This document shows, piece after piece, positions 52,164-61,336 of a stretch of 64,000 bases of DNA. Source of the DNA: an uncultured Gammaproteobacteria bacterium. GTDB lineage: Bacteria; Pseudomonadota; Gammaproteobacteria; UBA9214. Numbering within the stretch: position 1 is the first letter of the stretch; each line of letters begins with the position of its first letter. The notes beneath the pieces were generated by a model. That model was not told the DNA's origin. It did no database searches and saw only the letters and a program-made list of their open reading frames with translations. Where the stretch lies: assembly GCA_963701505.1 (NCBI GenBank), contig CAVOZZ010000004.1, positions 160,472-224,471 of the forward strand, in the 5' to 3' direction. A program made the translations under genes and the position numbers.

Positions 52164-52919
52164 TCATTGCGACTTCATCGCAATAGCTTCTGTAGATTCA
52201 GGTATAATCACAGTCAGGCCCAGCACCTTCCACATCTGCATACCACCCCGGTAATAGGCGATTTTTTCAGGGGGGTAACCATGCTCAAGCAGCCCCTTGA
52301 TTGCACGAGGCGACTGTCCACACCAGGGACCGTTGCACCAGAGCACTAGTTTTTTAGCGTTTGAAAAATCCCACCTACCGGTTTTCTGATCCGCACCAAA
52401 CAAGCCAAATTTGGCCATCAGCTTCTCAACACTGCGTAGAAGCCAGCCAGTTTCACCACGACGCACGGCACCGGTTGTCTCCAGCGCCTTGATTGCTTCT
52501 GGCGCATCTTCACTCGCAACAAAATCCGTGAAGGGGATATTGATTGAGCCCGGAATTGTACCCTTCTGGTACCAGGACGGTGTGCGTGCGTCTATAATTA
52601 AGCCATTGCCAGAGGCAAGTTCGCGACCCATAAACCGGAAAATTTCGGCCTCACCGACTGTGGTCACACCAGGCGCAATCTTCATAGGCTGGATACAGAA
52701 TGGCGGACATTTGCGCGAGGTTTTGGCAAAACCATCATCCAGCTTGTGTTCTTCATCCTGGATTCGCTGTATCCGAACCTGTTCACCGCCATGATGAACA
52801 TCGATATAAGCAAGATAATCGGTCAGCTTGACATCAACGGCGGAGGCATTTGAATTGAGAAGAAATCCAGCTGATACAAGCAATACAACAGCGAATGATT
52901 TAGCTAAAGACTGTTCCAT
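52164..52919 (-). CDS. Secreted rhodanese-domain protein
   Basis: Signal peptide 'MEQSLAKSFAVVLLVSAGFLLNSNASA'. GAGG lies 9 nt upstream of the ATG at 52919. The N-terminal region carries 'KCPPFCIQP'. The rhodanese domain is 'LIIDARTPSWYQKGTIPGSINIP...LVLWCNGPWCGQSPRA'. The ORF is open to 52958. Confidence 0.8.
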   Translation of the reverse strand: MEQSLAKSFAVVLLVSAGFLLNSNASAVDVKLTDYLAYIDVHHGGEQVRIQRIQDEEHKLDDGFAKTSRKCPPFCIQPMKIAPGVTTVGEAEIFRFMGRELASGNGLIIDARTPSWYQKGTIPGSINIPFTDFVASEDAPEAIKALETTGAVRRGETGWLLRSVEKLMAKFGLFGADQKTGRWDFSNAKKLVLWCNGPWCGQSPRAIKGLLEHGYPPEKIAYYRGGMQMWKVLGLTVIIPESTEAIAMKSQ

Positions 52920-52957
52920 AAAGAAATACCTCACTAGATAATAAAGACTTATGGTCA

Positions 52958-53359
52958 TTAACTGGATGACAGGAGACGCACAATCTCTTCACGCACAGAT
53001 GAAATTCGGCTATCACTCTGATAAAAGCTGAAGACTTCCTTGCGTTTTTTCCTGGACAGCTTCACATACAGAAAATGACTGCCTGAATAACGGGTACTCA
53101 GTGCTTCTTCAAATGCTTCAAAGCTCAGACCCGGCTCAATGAGCTTGTCGGCCTTCACATCCCTGAACGTGTTATTTTGTGCAGTTCCACCAATGGGCGA
53201 TGCGAGAAAGTTATTGTTCACAGCAGTATCTGCAGCCTCAGCTTCAAGGATACTGAGGTAATCATCCTCCGCCTGCACTGCAGCGGCAGGGTTTAACCAG
53301 ATCACCAGCGCCATCAACAGGCCGCCAATGCGGCTGGTATCCAGTGTGATTTGAATCAT
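52958..53359 (-). CDS. Small secreted hypothetical protein
   Basis: 133 aa with the signal-like N-terminus 'GGLLMALVIWLNPAAAVQA'. No family recognised. Its stop abuts the upstream end of the rhodanese ORF. Confidence 0.5.
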   Translation of the reverse strand: MIQITLDTSRIGGLLMALVIWLNPAAAVQAEDDYLSILEAEAADTAVNNNFLASPIGGTAQNNTFRDVKADKLIEPGLSFEAFEEALSTRYSGSHFLYVKLSRKKRKEVFSFYQSDSRISSVREEIVRLLSSS

Positions 53360-53645
53360 ACTTGACTACCTGATCTCAAACGGCTTGTTAATACTGCAGA
53401 CTAGCCAGGTCATTCGCCTTCATTGAATCCCTGCCATGAACCTGATTTCTGACGTCTGGAAGAAATCATCGGCGCTACACCATTACGCTTTAGCTGCATG
53501 ACAAGGAAGATACCTACCTCAAGATACGGCATAAGCCATAGCCCGGAGACCAGGACACGGGTAGCTTGTACTACTACTGATTAGCCGGCCATGCATCGCC
53601 ATAAAAAATAATTTCTCTATGGATAACAATGACAAAGGGGCCATC

Positions 53646-54047
53646 ATGAAGCTGAATTTGGTCATGTTGTTTATCCTGAATCTCATCCTGCCTGCCATGG
53701 TCAGCGCAACTGAAACCGCCTATCAATGGACTGACGAGCAGGGTCAGATACACTATGGTGACATGCCACCTGCCACCGACGATCACAGATCTATCATCCT
53801 GAAACAGGACTCAAGCAGAGTGCACAGCGAGGGCGGATTACGTCCTGGTGAACGAGACCAGATCTCGGAAATTGAACAACGACAGAAACAGCAGCAGCGA
53901 AGAGCACAAACAGCAGGAAGACTCAGCGATCGTAAACGAGCAGTCCGGCGCGCAGCTTGTGCCAACAACAGGGAAATGCTCAAGGCCTCCAGGGGACATG
54001 ACACCTTTAAGGAACATGCAAGGTATCTGCGAAACAATTGCTGGTAA
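53646..54047 (+). CDS. DUF4124-domain secreted protein
   Basis: 'MKLNLVMLFILNLILPAMVSA' is followed by 'YQWTDEQGQIHYGDMPP' (the DUF4124 signature as I remember it) and a basic, Gln-rich tail. Confidence 0.65.
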   Translation: MKLNLVMLFILNLILPAMVSATETAYQWTDEQGQIHYGDMPPATDDHRSIILKQDSSRVHSEGGLRPGERDQISEIEQRQKQQQRRAQTAGRLSDRKRAVRRAACANNREMLKASRGHDTFKEHARYLRNNCW

Positions 54048-54079
54048 CAGGTAAAATAGAGTTGAATCTGAAGCAGGCC

Positions 54080-54601
54080 ATGGTTTCAATGCAAATACTG
54101 ACGACACGCGAGGATCACCAGATTGCCTGGCTCACTGCCCTGGCAATTAGCATACATATTCTGGAGAGCGCCATTCCCTCTCCTCTGCCGGGACTAAAAC
54201 CGGGGCTCGCGAATGTCATCACAATTGCCGTGCTAGTGCAATTCGGCTGGCGTTCAGCAGCCTGGGTGAGCCTGCTTAGAGTTATCTGTGGCAGCCTGCT
54301 GCTGGGGACCTTCCTGTCGCCCGCTTTTATCCTCAGCATGGCTGGAGCTGCATGCAGCGTGTCAATACTATGGTTTGCCTGCCGTTTTCCTGGCGAAGGT
54401 TTTGGTGCAATTGGCTACAGTGTGCTGGCTTCACTGGCCCACATGACAGGACAATTCATGCTGGCATGGCTGTTATTTATCCCAAATGCAGCAATTTGGC
54501 ACTTGTTTCCAGTCCTGTTAACAGCTGCACTATTGTTTGGAATTGCCAGCGGTATAATTGCACACACAATGTGCAGTGAAGACACTCCATGCAAAGCATA
54601 G
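54080..54601 (+). CDS. Gx transporter family protein (heptaprenyl diphosphate synthase component I-like, PF07456-type)
   Basis: About 173 aa with multiple TM segments: 'AISIHILESAIPSPLPGLKPGLANVITIAVLVQFG...LRVICGSLLLGTFLSPAFILSMAG'. The family assignment is from memory. The ORF is open from 54038. Confidence 0.65.
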   Translation: MVSMQILTTREDHQIAWLTALAISIHILESAIPSPLPGLKPGLANVITIAVLVQFGWRSAAWVSLLRVICGSLLLGTFLSPAFILSMAGAACSVSILWFACRFPGEGFGAIGYSVLASLAHMTGQFMLAWLLFIPNAAIWHLFPVLLTAALLFGIASGIIAHTMCSEDTPCKA

Positions 54602-55446
54602 ACACCCCGATTCTCGACACCTCCCCGGTCACGGCAATTGATCGTATGGCCTTGACCCTGTTTTTTGCCCTCGCATTTCACGCCATGATTATCCTGGGCA
54701 TCACCTTTGGTTTGCATGACGATGCTGCACCTGAAAACATCCTGCCAACACTGGATATCACCGTATCCAACCGTCGCACACCACCACCTGATGAGGCGGA
54801 CTACCTGGCACAAACAAGCCAGGAGGGAGGCGGAAATACCAGTGAAAAGGTCAGGCCAACACAGGCAATCCCCGAACAGGCGCCTGCCGTCAAGCCGCAA
54901 CAGCCCACACCTGCACCTGCACAGGTTATTACTGCGGATACAGCTGAAATAAAGCACCATCAGGAGCACGAGGCAACCCCTGAAACCGTGATGCCGGATA
55001 TTACTGCCATCGACCTGATCGAGCGTAGCATGGAAATGGTCAACCTGAATGAACAACTCAATGAATCCATGCAGGCCTATGCACAGCGCCCCCGCCATAT
55101 CTATGTCTCAGCGCGCACCCAGGAATTCAAATACGCCAATTACATGAGTGAGTGGGTTAAAAAGGTTGAGCGCGTTGGCAACCTGAATTACCCGGACGAT
55201 GCACGCCGCGAAGGTCTGTCAGGCAAGCTGATAATGGACGTCACCATGAATGCCGACGGAACAGTACGTAACATCAATATCTTGCGCCCTTCCGGGCACA
55301 CTGTGATTGACGAGGCAGCCGTCCGCATTGTCAATCTGGCAGCACCTTTCGCACCGTTTCCGTCTGAAATCACTAAAGATGCCGATATCCTGCATATTAC
55401 ACGCACATGGGAATTCTCCACGGCCAACCAGTTGAAGAGCCACTAG
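54589..55446 (+). CDS. tonB: TonB family energy transducer
   Basis: An N-terminal TM segment and a Pro-rich spacer 'PAVKPQQPTPAPAQ' are present. The C-terminal TonB domain is 'NLNYPDDARREGLSGKLIMDVTMNADGTVRNINILRPSGHTVIDEAAVRIV'. Its position after gshB parallels tonB3 of PAO1 (from memory). Confidence 0.85.
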   Translation: MQSIDTPILDTSPVTAIDRMALTLFFALAFHAMIILGITFGLHDDAAPENILPTLDITVSNRRTPPPDEADYLAQTSQEGGGNTSEKVRPTQAIPEQAPAVKPQQPTPAPAQVITADTAEIKHHQEHEATPETVMPDITAIDLIERSMEMVNLNEQLNESMQAYAQRPRHIYVSARTQEFKYANYMSEWVKKVERVGNLNYPDDARREGLSGKLIMDVTMNADGTVRNINILRPSGHTVIDEAAVRIVNLAAPFAPFPSEITKDADILHITRTWEFSTANQLKSH

Positions 55447-55503
55447 CTATATATAATTGGAGAGGCTTGAAGGTTACCGGCTGTCTGCCTGATACTGTGG
55501 CAT

Positions 55504-56067
55504 ATGAGCATTGCACACTCTCTAAGTAATCACTTTCTCATTGCCATGCCGGCACTTGACGACCCCAATTTTCACCATACAACGACCTATATCTGCGAAC
55601 ACGACGAGGACGGCGCGCTGGGGATTGTCATCAATCGTCCGCTGAATATGCGCCTGGTTGAGATATTGAAGCATATGGATATTGAACCCTGCAGTGATGC
55701 AATCTCTTCATTGCCTGTTTACATGGGCGGGCCAGTTCAGAGTGACCGTGGCTTTGTGTTACACGAACCTTCCGGAAACTGGGAAGCGACACTCAAGGTT
55801 ACGGAAAAGATCGGAATCACCTCTTCGCGCGATATTCTCCAGGCTATTGCCGCAGGCGAGGGGCCGGATAAGGCTATCGTCACGCTGGGTTATGCCGGCT
55901 GGGGATCTGGACAACTGGAACAGGAACTCGCAGCCAACACCTGGTTAAGCGGCCCTGCAAGCTCAGAAATCTTATTCGATACACCGAGCGAGAAGCGCTG
56001 GATGGCAGCGGCCGCATCATTGGGCGTCGACCTCAACCTGTTATCCAGCGATATAGGGCATGCATGA
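55504..56067 (+). CDS. YqgE/AlgH family protein (UPF0301)
   Basis: 'LSNHFLIAMPALDDPNFHHTTTYICEHDEDGALGIVINRP' is the typical N-terminus of this family. Confidence 0.88.
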   Translation: MSIAHSLSNHFLIAMPALDDPNFHHTTTYICEHDEDGALGIVINRPLNMRLVEILKHMDIEPCSDAISSLPVYMGGPVQSDRGFVLHEPSGNWEATLKVTEKIGITSSRDILQAIAAGEGPDKAIVTLGYAGWGSGQLEQELAANTWLSGPASSEILFDTPSEKRWMAAAASLGVDLNLLSSDIGHA

Positions 56068-56117
56068 ATGAGTAACAACTGCGGCCAACACGCCATGAGC
56101 AGGCAGGGAAATTAGAC

Positions 56118-56510
56118 ATGCAAACCTTGCTGGGTTTCGATTTTGGCACTCAGCGCATCGGGATCGCCGTTGGACAAAGTATTACCAGGACAGCAACGGC
56201 CCTGTGTACAATCAGGTCCTCTTATGGCAAACCTGACTGGGACAGGATTTCCGAATTAATCGATCGCTGGAAACCCGATGCCCTGGTCGTTGGACTGCCT
56301 CTGCACGACGATGGCAGTGATTCGGATATCAGCAAGGCTGCACGAAAATTCAAGCAACAACTGGAAGGGCGTTACCAGCTCCCGGTACACACCATGGACG
56401 AAAGACTCAGCACACGCGCTGCAAAACAGTATCTGGAGCAATCGACCAGCAAGCAGGAAGTTGATGCCATGGCAGCCATGGTTATCCTGCAGGACTGGCT
56501 GGGAACATAA
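56118..56510 (+). CDS. ruvX: Holliday-junction resolvase-like nuclease RuvX (YqgF)
   Basis: 'LLGFDFGTQRIGIAVG', 'LVVGLPLHDDGSDS' and 'VHTMDERLST' are present. Confidence 0.9.
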   Translation: MQTLLGFDFGTQRIGIAVGQSITRTATALCTIRSSYGKPDWDRISELIDRWKPDALVVGLPLHDDGSDSDISKAARKFKQQLEGRYQLPVHTMDERLSTRAAKQYLEQSTSKQEVDAMAAMVILQDWLGT

Positions 56511-56514
56511 CCAA

Positions 56515-57021
56515 ATGAATGAACTCGGGAATATTTCAGACATCCTAGCTGACATGGCCGCACAACTGTCTGAAGAGATTACACGTACCGGGAAAAACCA
56601 CCCGGCGATGGTCGGTATTCACACTGGCGGTGTGTGGATTGCCGAGCAATTACACCGGCTACTGAATATTGATGAACCCCTGGGCAGCCTGGATATCTCC
56701 TTTTACCGGGACGATTTCACCCGCGTCGGAATGAATCCTGTTGTACGCCCGTCTCAGCTGCCATTTAGCATCGATAATCGTCATATCATCCTCGTCGATG
56801 ACGTACTCCACACCGGTCGTACCATCCGCGCTGCGCTGAATGAATTGTTCGACTACGGACGCCCTGCCTCCATCATGCTGGTTACACTGATTGAACGCAG
56901 CGGTCGTGAATTACCCATTCAGGCAAATATTGTCGGCCGGCACGTTGAACTAAGGCCGGGCGAACACATCAAGCTGTCGGGTCCATATCCACTGACGCTG
57001 GAAATCAAAAAAACAGCATGA
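56515..57021 (+). CDS. pyrR: Bifunctional pyrimidine operon regulator / uracil phosphoribosyltransferase PyrR
   Basis: 'MVGIHTGGVWIAEQL', 'LDISFYRDD' and the PRPP loop 'IILVDDVLHTGRTIRAAL' are present. ATG at 56515. Confidence 0.9.
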   Translation: MNELGNISDILADMAAQLSEEITRTGKNHPAMVGIHTGGVWIAEQLHRLLNIDEPLGSLDISFYRDDFTRVGMNPVVRPSQLPFSIDNRHIILVDDVLHTGRTIRAALNELFDYGRPASIMLVTLIERSGRELPIQANIVGRHVELRPGEHIKLSGPYPLTLEIKKTA

Positions 57022-57976
57022 GCCGTCACAGCCTGCAAATTGACAAGAACGGGCGACTACGCCATTTTCTGTGCGATAGACGGGCTGAATCACCAATTAC
57101 TGACAGAGATACTCGATACAGCAGAATCCTTTGCCGGCGTAACAGAACAGACTGTAAAAAAGGTACCACTGTTGCGTGGAAAAACCATCGTCAATCTCTT
57201 TTTCGAGGCCAGCACACGTACCCGTACGACGTTTGAACTGGCGGCAAAAAGACTGTCTGCCGATGTACTGAATATCAACATCACACAGTCCAGTGCCGTC
57301 AAGGGCGAAACCCTGCTTGATACCCTGCGCAACCTTGAGGCCATGCATGTTGACATGTTCATTGTTCGGCATGCTGACAGTGGTGCAGCTCACTTCATTG
57401 CAGCCAATGCTGCAGCGCATACCAGCGTCATTAATGCCGGTGATGGATGGCATTCACACCCGACACAGGCAATGCTTGACATGTATACCATTCGTCGCGC
57501 CAAGGGAGCGGACTTTGGTGCACTGCGTGTCGCCGTCGTAGGGGATATCTTGCACTCACGCGTGGCACGTTCCCAGATTCATGCATTGAATATTCTTAAT
57601 ACCGGTGAAGTTCGCATTGTCGCACCAAAAACACTGCTTCCCGCACACGCCGAATCACTGGGCGCACAGGTATACAATGACCTGCAAGACCGGCATAAAA
57701 GACGTGGATGTGATTATCATGCTGCGATTGCAGCGAGAGCGCATGCAAGGCGCTTTTCTACCCAGCGAACATGAGTATTTCGAGCTATTCGGGCTAACAG
57801 AAGAGAAGCTCGTACATGCCAGCCCGGATGTCACTGTAATGCATCCCGGCCCCATCAACCGCGGCGTTGAAATGGACTCTGACGTAGCCGATGGCCCGCG
57901 TTCCGTGATCCTTGAACAGGTTACTCATGGCATTGCAGTACGGATGGCTATCATGTCGATGGCCATGGTCGCGTAA
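57018..57976 (+). pseudogene. pyrB: Aspartate carbamoyltransferase catalytic subunit, 2 frame breaks
   Basis: '[24 protein letters not shown]', 'RHADSGA' and '[17 protein letters not shown]' are in ORF 57040-57774. The N-terminus '[18 protein letters not shown]' is in ORF 57018-. The C-terminus '[14 protein letters not shown]...[12 protein letters not shown]' is in ORF 57605-57976. The switches are at about 57070 and about 57688. Confidence 0.9.
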
Positions 57977-57999
57977 AGAAGGCACTTCAGACTAGTCAT

Positions 58000-59299
58000 A
58001 TGCACGCGATCGACACAGCAATCAGGATCCTGATCAGCGGAGGCCGGGTAATTGACCCGGCAAACAAGATTGACAGGGTCCAGAACGTATATATTGCGGA
58101 CGGCAAGGTGATCGCGTTCGGTAATGCACCGCAAGACTTTCAAGGCCGACATGGAGATCGATGCCCGTCACCGCATCGTCTGTCCGGGACTGATAGACAT
58201 CTGTGCCCGCCTGAGAGAACCGGGCCAGGAACAGAAAGCCACAATCGCTACAGAATCACTGGCCGCTGCCAGCGCAGGCATCACTACACTGTGTTGCCCA
58301 CCGGATACCCATCCGGTCATCGATACGCCGGCTGTTACCGAATTCATCCGACTGCGCGCTGAAGCCGCCGGGAATGCCCGGGTAGTTACACTGGGCGCCC
58401 TTACCCAGTCGCTTCACGGGGAACAATTAAGTGAAATGGCCGCATTGCGCAAGGCCGGCTGTGTTGGTGTCAGCAATGCGTTGAAGCCACTGCTCAACCC
58501 ACTGATACTGCGACGCGCACTGGAGTATGCCGCCACCTTTGATCTGACCGTATTTCTGTATCCCAATGACCACTGGCTGGCAAACGACGGATGCGCACAC
58601 GAGGGCAGGGTTGCAACTCGGCTGGGCTTACCGGGTATACCTGAAGCCGCTGAAACCGCCGCCGTCGCGCATGACCTCGCACTGATTGAACAAACCGGCG
58701 TACGCGCACATTTCTGCAGACTGACAACCGGTCGCGCCGCCAGGATGGTCGCACGTGCACAATATGATGGTGTCAAGGTAACAGCAGACGTCGCGATCCC
58801 TTATCTATACCTGTCTGAAGTTGATATCAGTGATTTTGACAGCCGCTGTCACCTGATTCCTCCATTGCGGACTGTTGAAGACCGACAGCAATTACGGGAT
58901 GCCTTGCAACAGGGCATACTATCAGCCATCTGTTCAGACCATCAGCCACACGAACCTGATGCGAAGCTGGGTCCGTTTCCTGCCACCGAACCGGGTATTT
59001 CGGGGCTGGATACGCTACTGCCTCTGAGCCTGCGGCTGGCTGAGGAGCATTCCATGGAACTCATCGATCTGATACATCACTTGACTGCAGGGCCGGCAAA
59101 GATACTTGGACTGCCCTACGGTACACTATCGATCGATGCAAAAGCAGACATTTGTATCTTTGATCCGTCAGCCAGCTGGCAGCTTGATAACAGCACGATG
59201 CGGAGTCACGGTCTCAATACACCGTTTATGGGGTGGGAAATGAAAGGGCGTGTTACACACACATTGCTGGCAGGAAAACTCGTATACACTCTGAACTGA
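58000..59299 (+). pseudogene. Dihydroorotase-like protein (PyrC'-type; HxH metal motif replaced), one frame break
   Basis: 'ILISGGRVIDPANKID...IADGKVIAFG' (ORF 58000-) joins 'KADMEIDARHRIVCPGLIDICARLREPG...' (ORF 58124-59299) at about 58139, a TTT run. Where active enzymes carry 'D.HVHLREPG', this protein reads 'DICARLREPG'. 'CSDHQPH' is retained. Confidence 0.8.
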
Positions 59300-59301
59300 T
59301 T

Positions 59302-60189
59302 ATGCCGGACTCAAAGCCACAGTCACATCGCGATACCATCTTTCTCGAGAATGCAGAGATCCTGCGTCACGACAGTTTTCCCGGCGATCAGCATGTACTG
59401 CGCCTGCATGCACCCAAATGCGCCGCCCGCGCCTTGCCGGGCAGTTTTGTACATTTACAGTGCGATCCTGCACTGCCCATGCGCCGACCATTATCCATTA
59501 TGCGTAGTGATATCGGGGCAGGCTGGGTGGAACTTCTCTACAAGACTGTTGGCGCTGGAACGCATGCATTGAGTCGACGCGCACCCGGCGAGTCCGTCAG
59601 CATGCTAGGACCTATCGGCAGGCCATTTAATGCTGACCGCACGCGGCCACGCACCCTGCTGCTTGGTGGTGGAGTCGGCATTCCCCCCATGATCTTTCTA
59701 GCCGACAGTCTGCGAACTGACAAGCACTGGCAACCCGTTGTATTCATGGGCTCCGAGGTACCCTTTCCGTTTACGGCGAGACCGTCGCATTTTCTATTAC
59801 CGGGCATGCCGGATGCAGTCATTGCCTCCATGCCGCTGCTTGAAGACTGGGGAATACCCAGCCGCCTCACAAGTCTGCAGGGATACCCGGGCTGTCATCA
59901 AGGTTATATAACAGATCTTGCAAGGCACTGGCTGGATGCACTGCATCGATCACAACGTGCCGAAGTCAGTGTGTTTGCCTGCGGACCGCATCCGATGCTG
60001 GCAGCCGTTGCGGCGCTGGCACGCGACTACAACCTGCCCTGCCAGGTATCCTTGGAGGAGTTTATGGCGTGTGCCGTGGGCGGGTGTGCAGGCTGCACCG
60101 TGGAAGTTAGCACACCCACCGGGCCCGCGATGAAACGCGTCTGTGTTGACGGTCCGGTATTTGACGCACAGACCGTCAACTGGAGTTGA
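59302..60189 (+). CDS. PyrK-like FAD/NAD(P)-binding oxidoreductase with C-terminal 2Fe-2S Cys cluster
   Basis: 'MRRPLSIM' is RxxS-type FAD binding and 'LLLGGGVGIPPM' is the NAD-binding GxG. The Cys cluster is 'MACAVGGCAGCTVEV...VCVDGPVF'. ATG at 59302 is 2 nt after the pyrC' stop. Confidence 0.75.
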   Translation: MPDSKPQSHRDTIFLENAEILRHDSFPGDQHVLRLHAPKCAARALPGSFVHLQCDPALPMRRPLSIMRSDIGAGWVELLYKTVGAGTHALSRRAPGESVSMLGPIGRPFNADRTRPRTLLLGGGVGIPPMIFLADSLRTDKHWQPVVFMGSEVPFPFTARPSHFLLPGMPDAVIASMPLLEDWGIPSRLTSLQGYPGCHQGYITDLARHWLDALHRSQRAEVSVFACGPHPMLAAVAALARDYNLPCQVSLEEFMACAVGGCAGCTVEVSTPTGPAMKRVCVDGPVFDAQTVNWS

Positions 60190-60196
60190 CGATGAA

Positions 60197-61315
60197 CTAG
60201 TCCTCTTCCACCAGGAAAATTTCGTCCATTGCAGCTGCGTATTGTTTGACGTCACCCTTGTCCAGCTTGACCATCAAGCGCACTTCATTGGCAGAATCAG
60301 CATAGTGCAGTGCATCGTCATAACTGATTTCACCCGCCTTGTATAATTCAAACAAGGCCTGGTCGAATGTAATCATGCCTTGCTGTGACGACTGCTTCAT
60401 CAATTCCTTCAGCTTGTGCACTTCACCCTTGCGAACAACATCCTGTACCAGTGGAGTACCCAGCAGAATCTCAACACACACCCGCCGTCCATTACCGTCT
60501 GCTCGGGGTATCAATTGCTGGGCAAGGAAGGCCTTGAGATTCATGGACAGATCCATAAACAGCTGTGGCCGGCGATCCTCGGGGAAAAAGTTAATAATGC
60601 GGTCCATGGCCTGATTGGCATTATTGGCGTGCAGTGTTGCCAGGCAAAGGTGACCGGTTTCTGCGAAGGCAATAGCATGATTCATGGTCTCACGATCACG
60701 GACCTCGCCAATCAGGATCACATCCGGCGCCTGGCGCAGTGTGTTCTTCAATGCCGTTTCATAGGATTCGGTATCGATACCCACTTCACGCTGGGTCACG
60801 ATGCAGCCATCGTGATTGTGAACATACTCAATTGGATCCTCGATAGTAATAATATGACCAGTGCCATTCTTGTTGCGATAGCCGATCATGGAAGCCAGCG
60901 AGGTAGATTTACCGGTACCGGTTGCACCAATGAAGATAATCAGGCCACGTTTCGTCATGGCCAGGTTCTTCAGGATTGGCGGCAGATTCAGTTCCTCCAT
61001 GGTCGGGATATAGGTTTCAATGCGACGCAATACCGCACCAGCCTGGCCTCGCTGAATAAATGCACTGGCGCGAAAGCGGCCAACACCTTCCTCACTGACC
61101 GCGAAGTTACATTCGTGCGTTGCCTCGAATTCATCACGCTGTGCCGGCGTCATCATGCTGGTGACGATCGCCATCGAGTCTTCGGGAGCAAGCACCTCCT
61201 TCGAGACCGCCACCGTCTTTCCGTTTACTTTCATGGTCGGAGGAACGCCAGCCGTTAAAAACAGGTCGGAGGCGCCTTTCTCACCCATTTGCTTCAGCAG
61301 TGTTGATAAATCCAT
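60197..61315 (-). CDS. pilU: Type IV pilus retraction ATPase PilU
   Basis: 'GASDLFLTAGVPPTMKVNG', 'HECNFAVS..GVGRFRASAF', Walker A 'GATGTGKST', and 'IITIEDPIEY' are present. It lies downstream of pilT. Confidence 0.9.
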   Translation of the reverse strand: MDLSTLLKQMGEKGASDLFLTAGVPPTMKVNGKTVAVSKEVLAPEDSMAIVTSMMTPAQRDEFEATHECNFAVSEEGVGRFRASAFIQRGQAGAVLRRIETYIPTMEELNLPPILKNLAMTKRGLIIFIGATGTGKSTSLASMIGYRNKNGTGHIITIEDPIEYVHNHDGCIVTQREVGIDTESYETALKNTLRQAPDVILIGEVRDRETMNHAIAFAETGHLCLATLHANNANQAMDRIINFFPEDRRPQLFMDLSMNLKAFLAQQLIPRADGNGRRVCVEILLGTPLVQDVVRKGEVHKLKELMKQSSQQGMITFDQALFELYKAGEISYDDALHYADSANEVRLMVKLDKGDVKQYAAAMDEIFLVEED

Positions 61316-61336
61316 AGCCTTTCTCCCAGCAGACGA

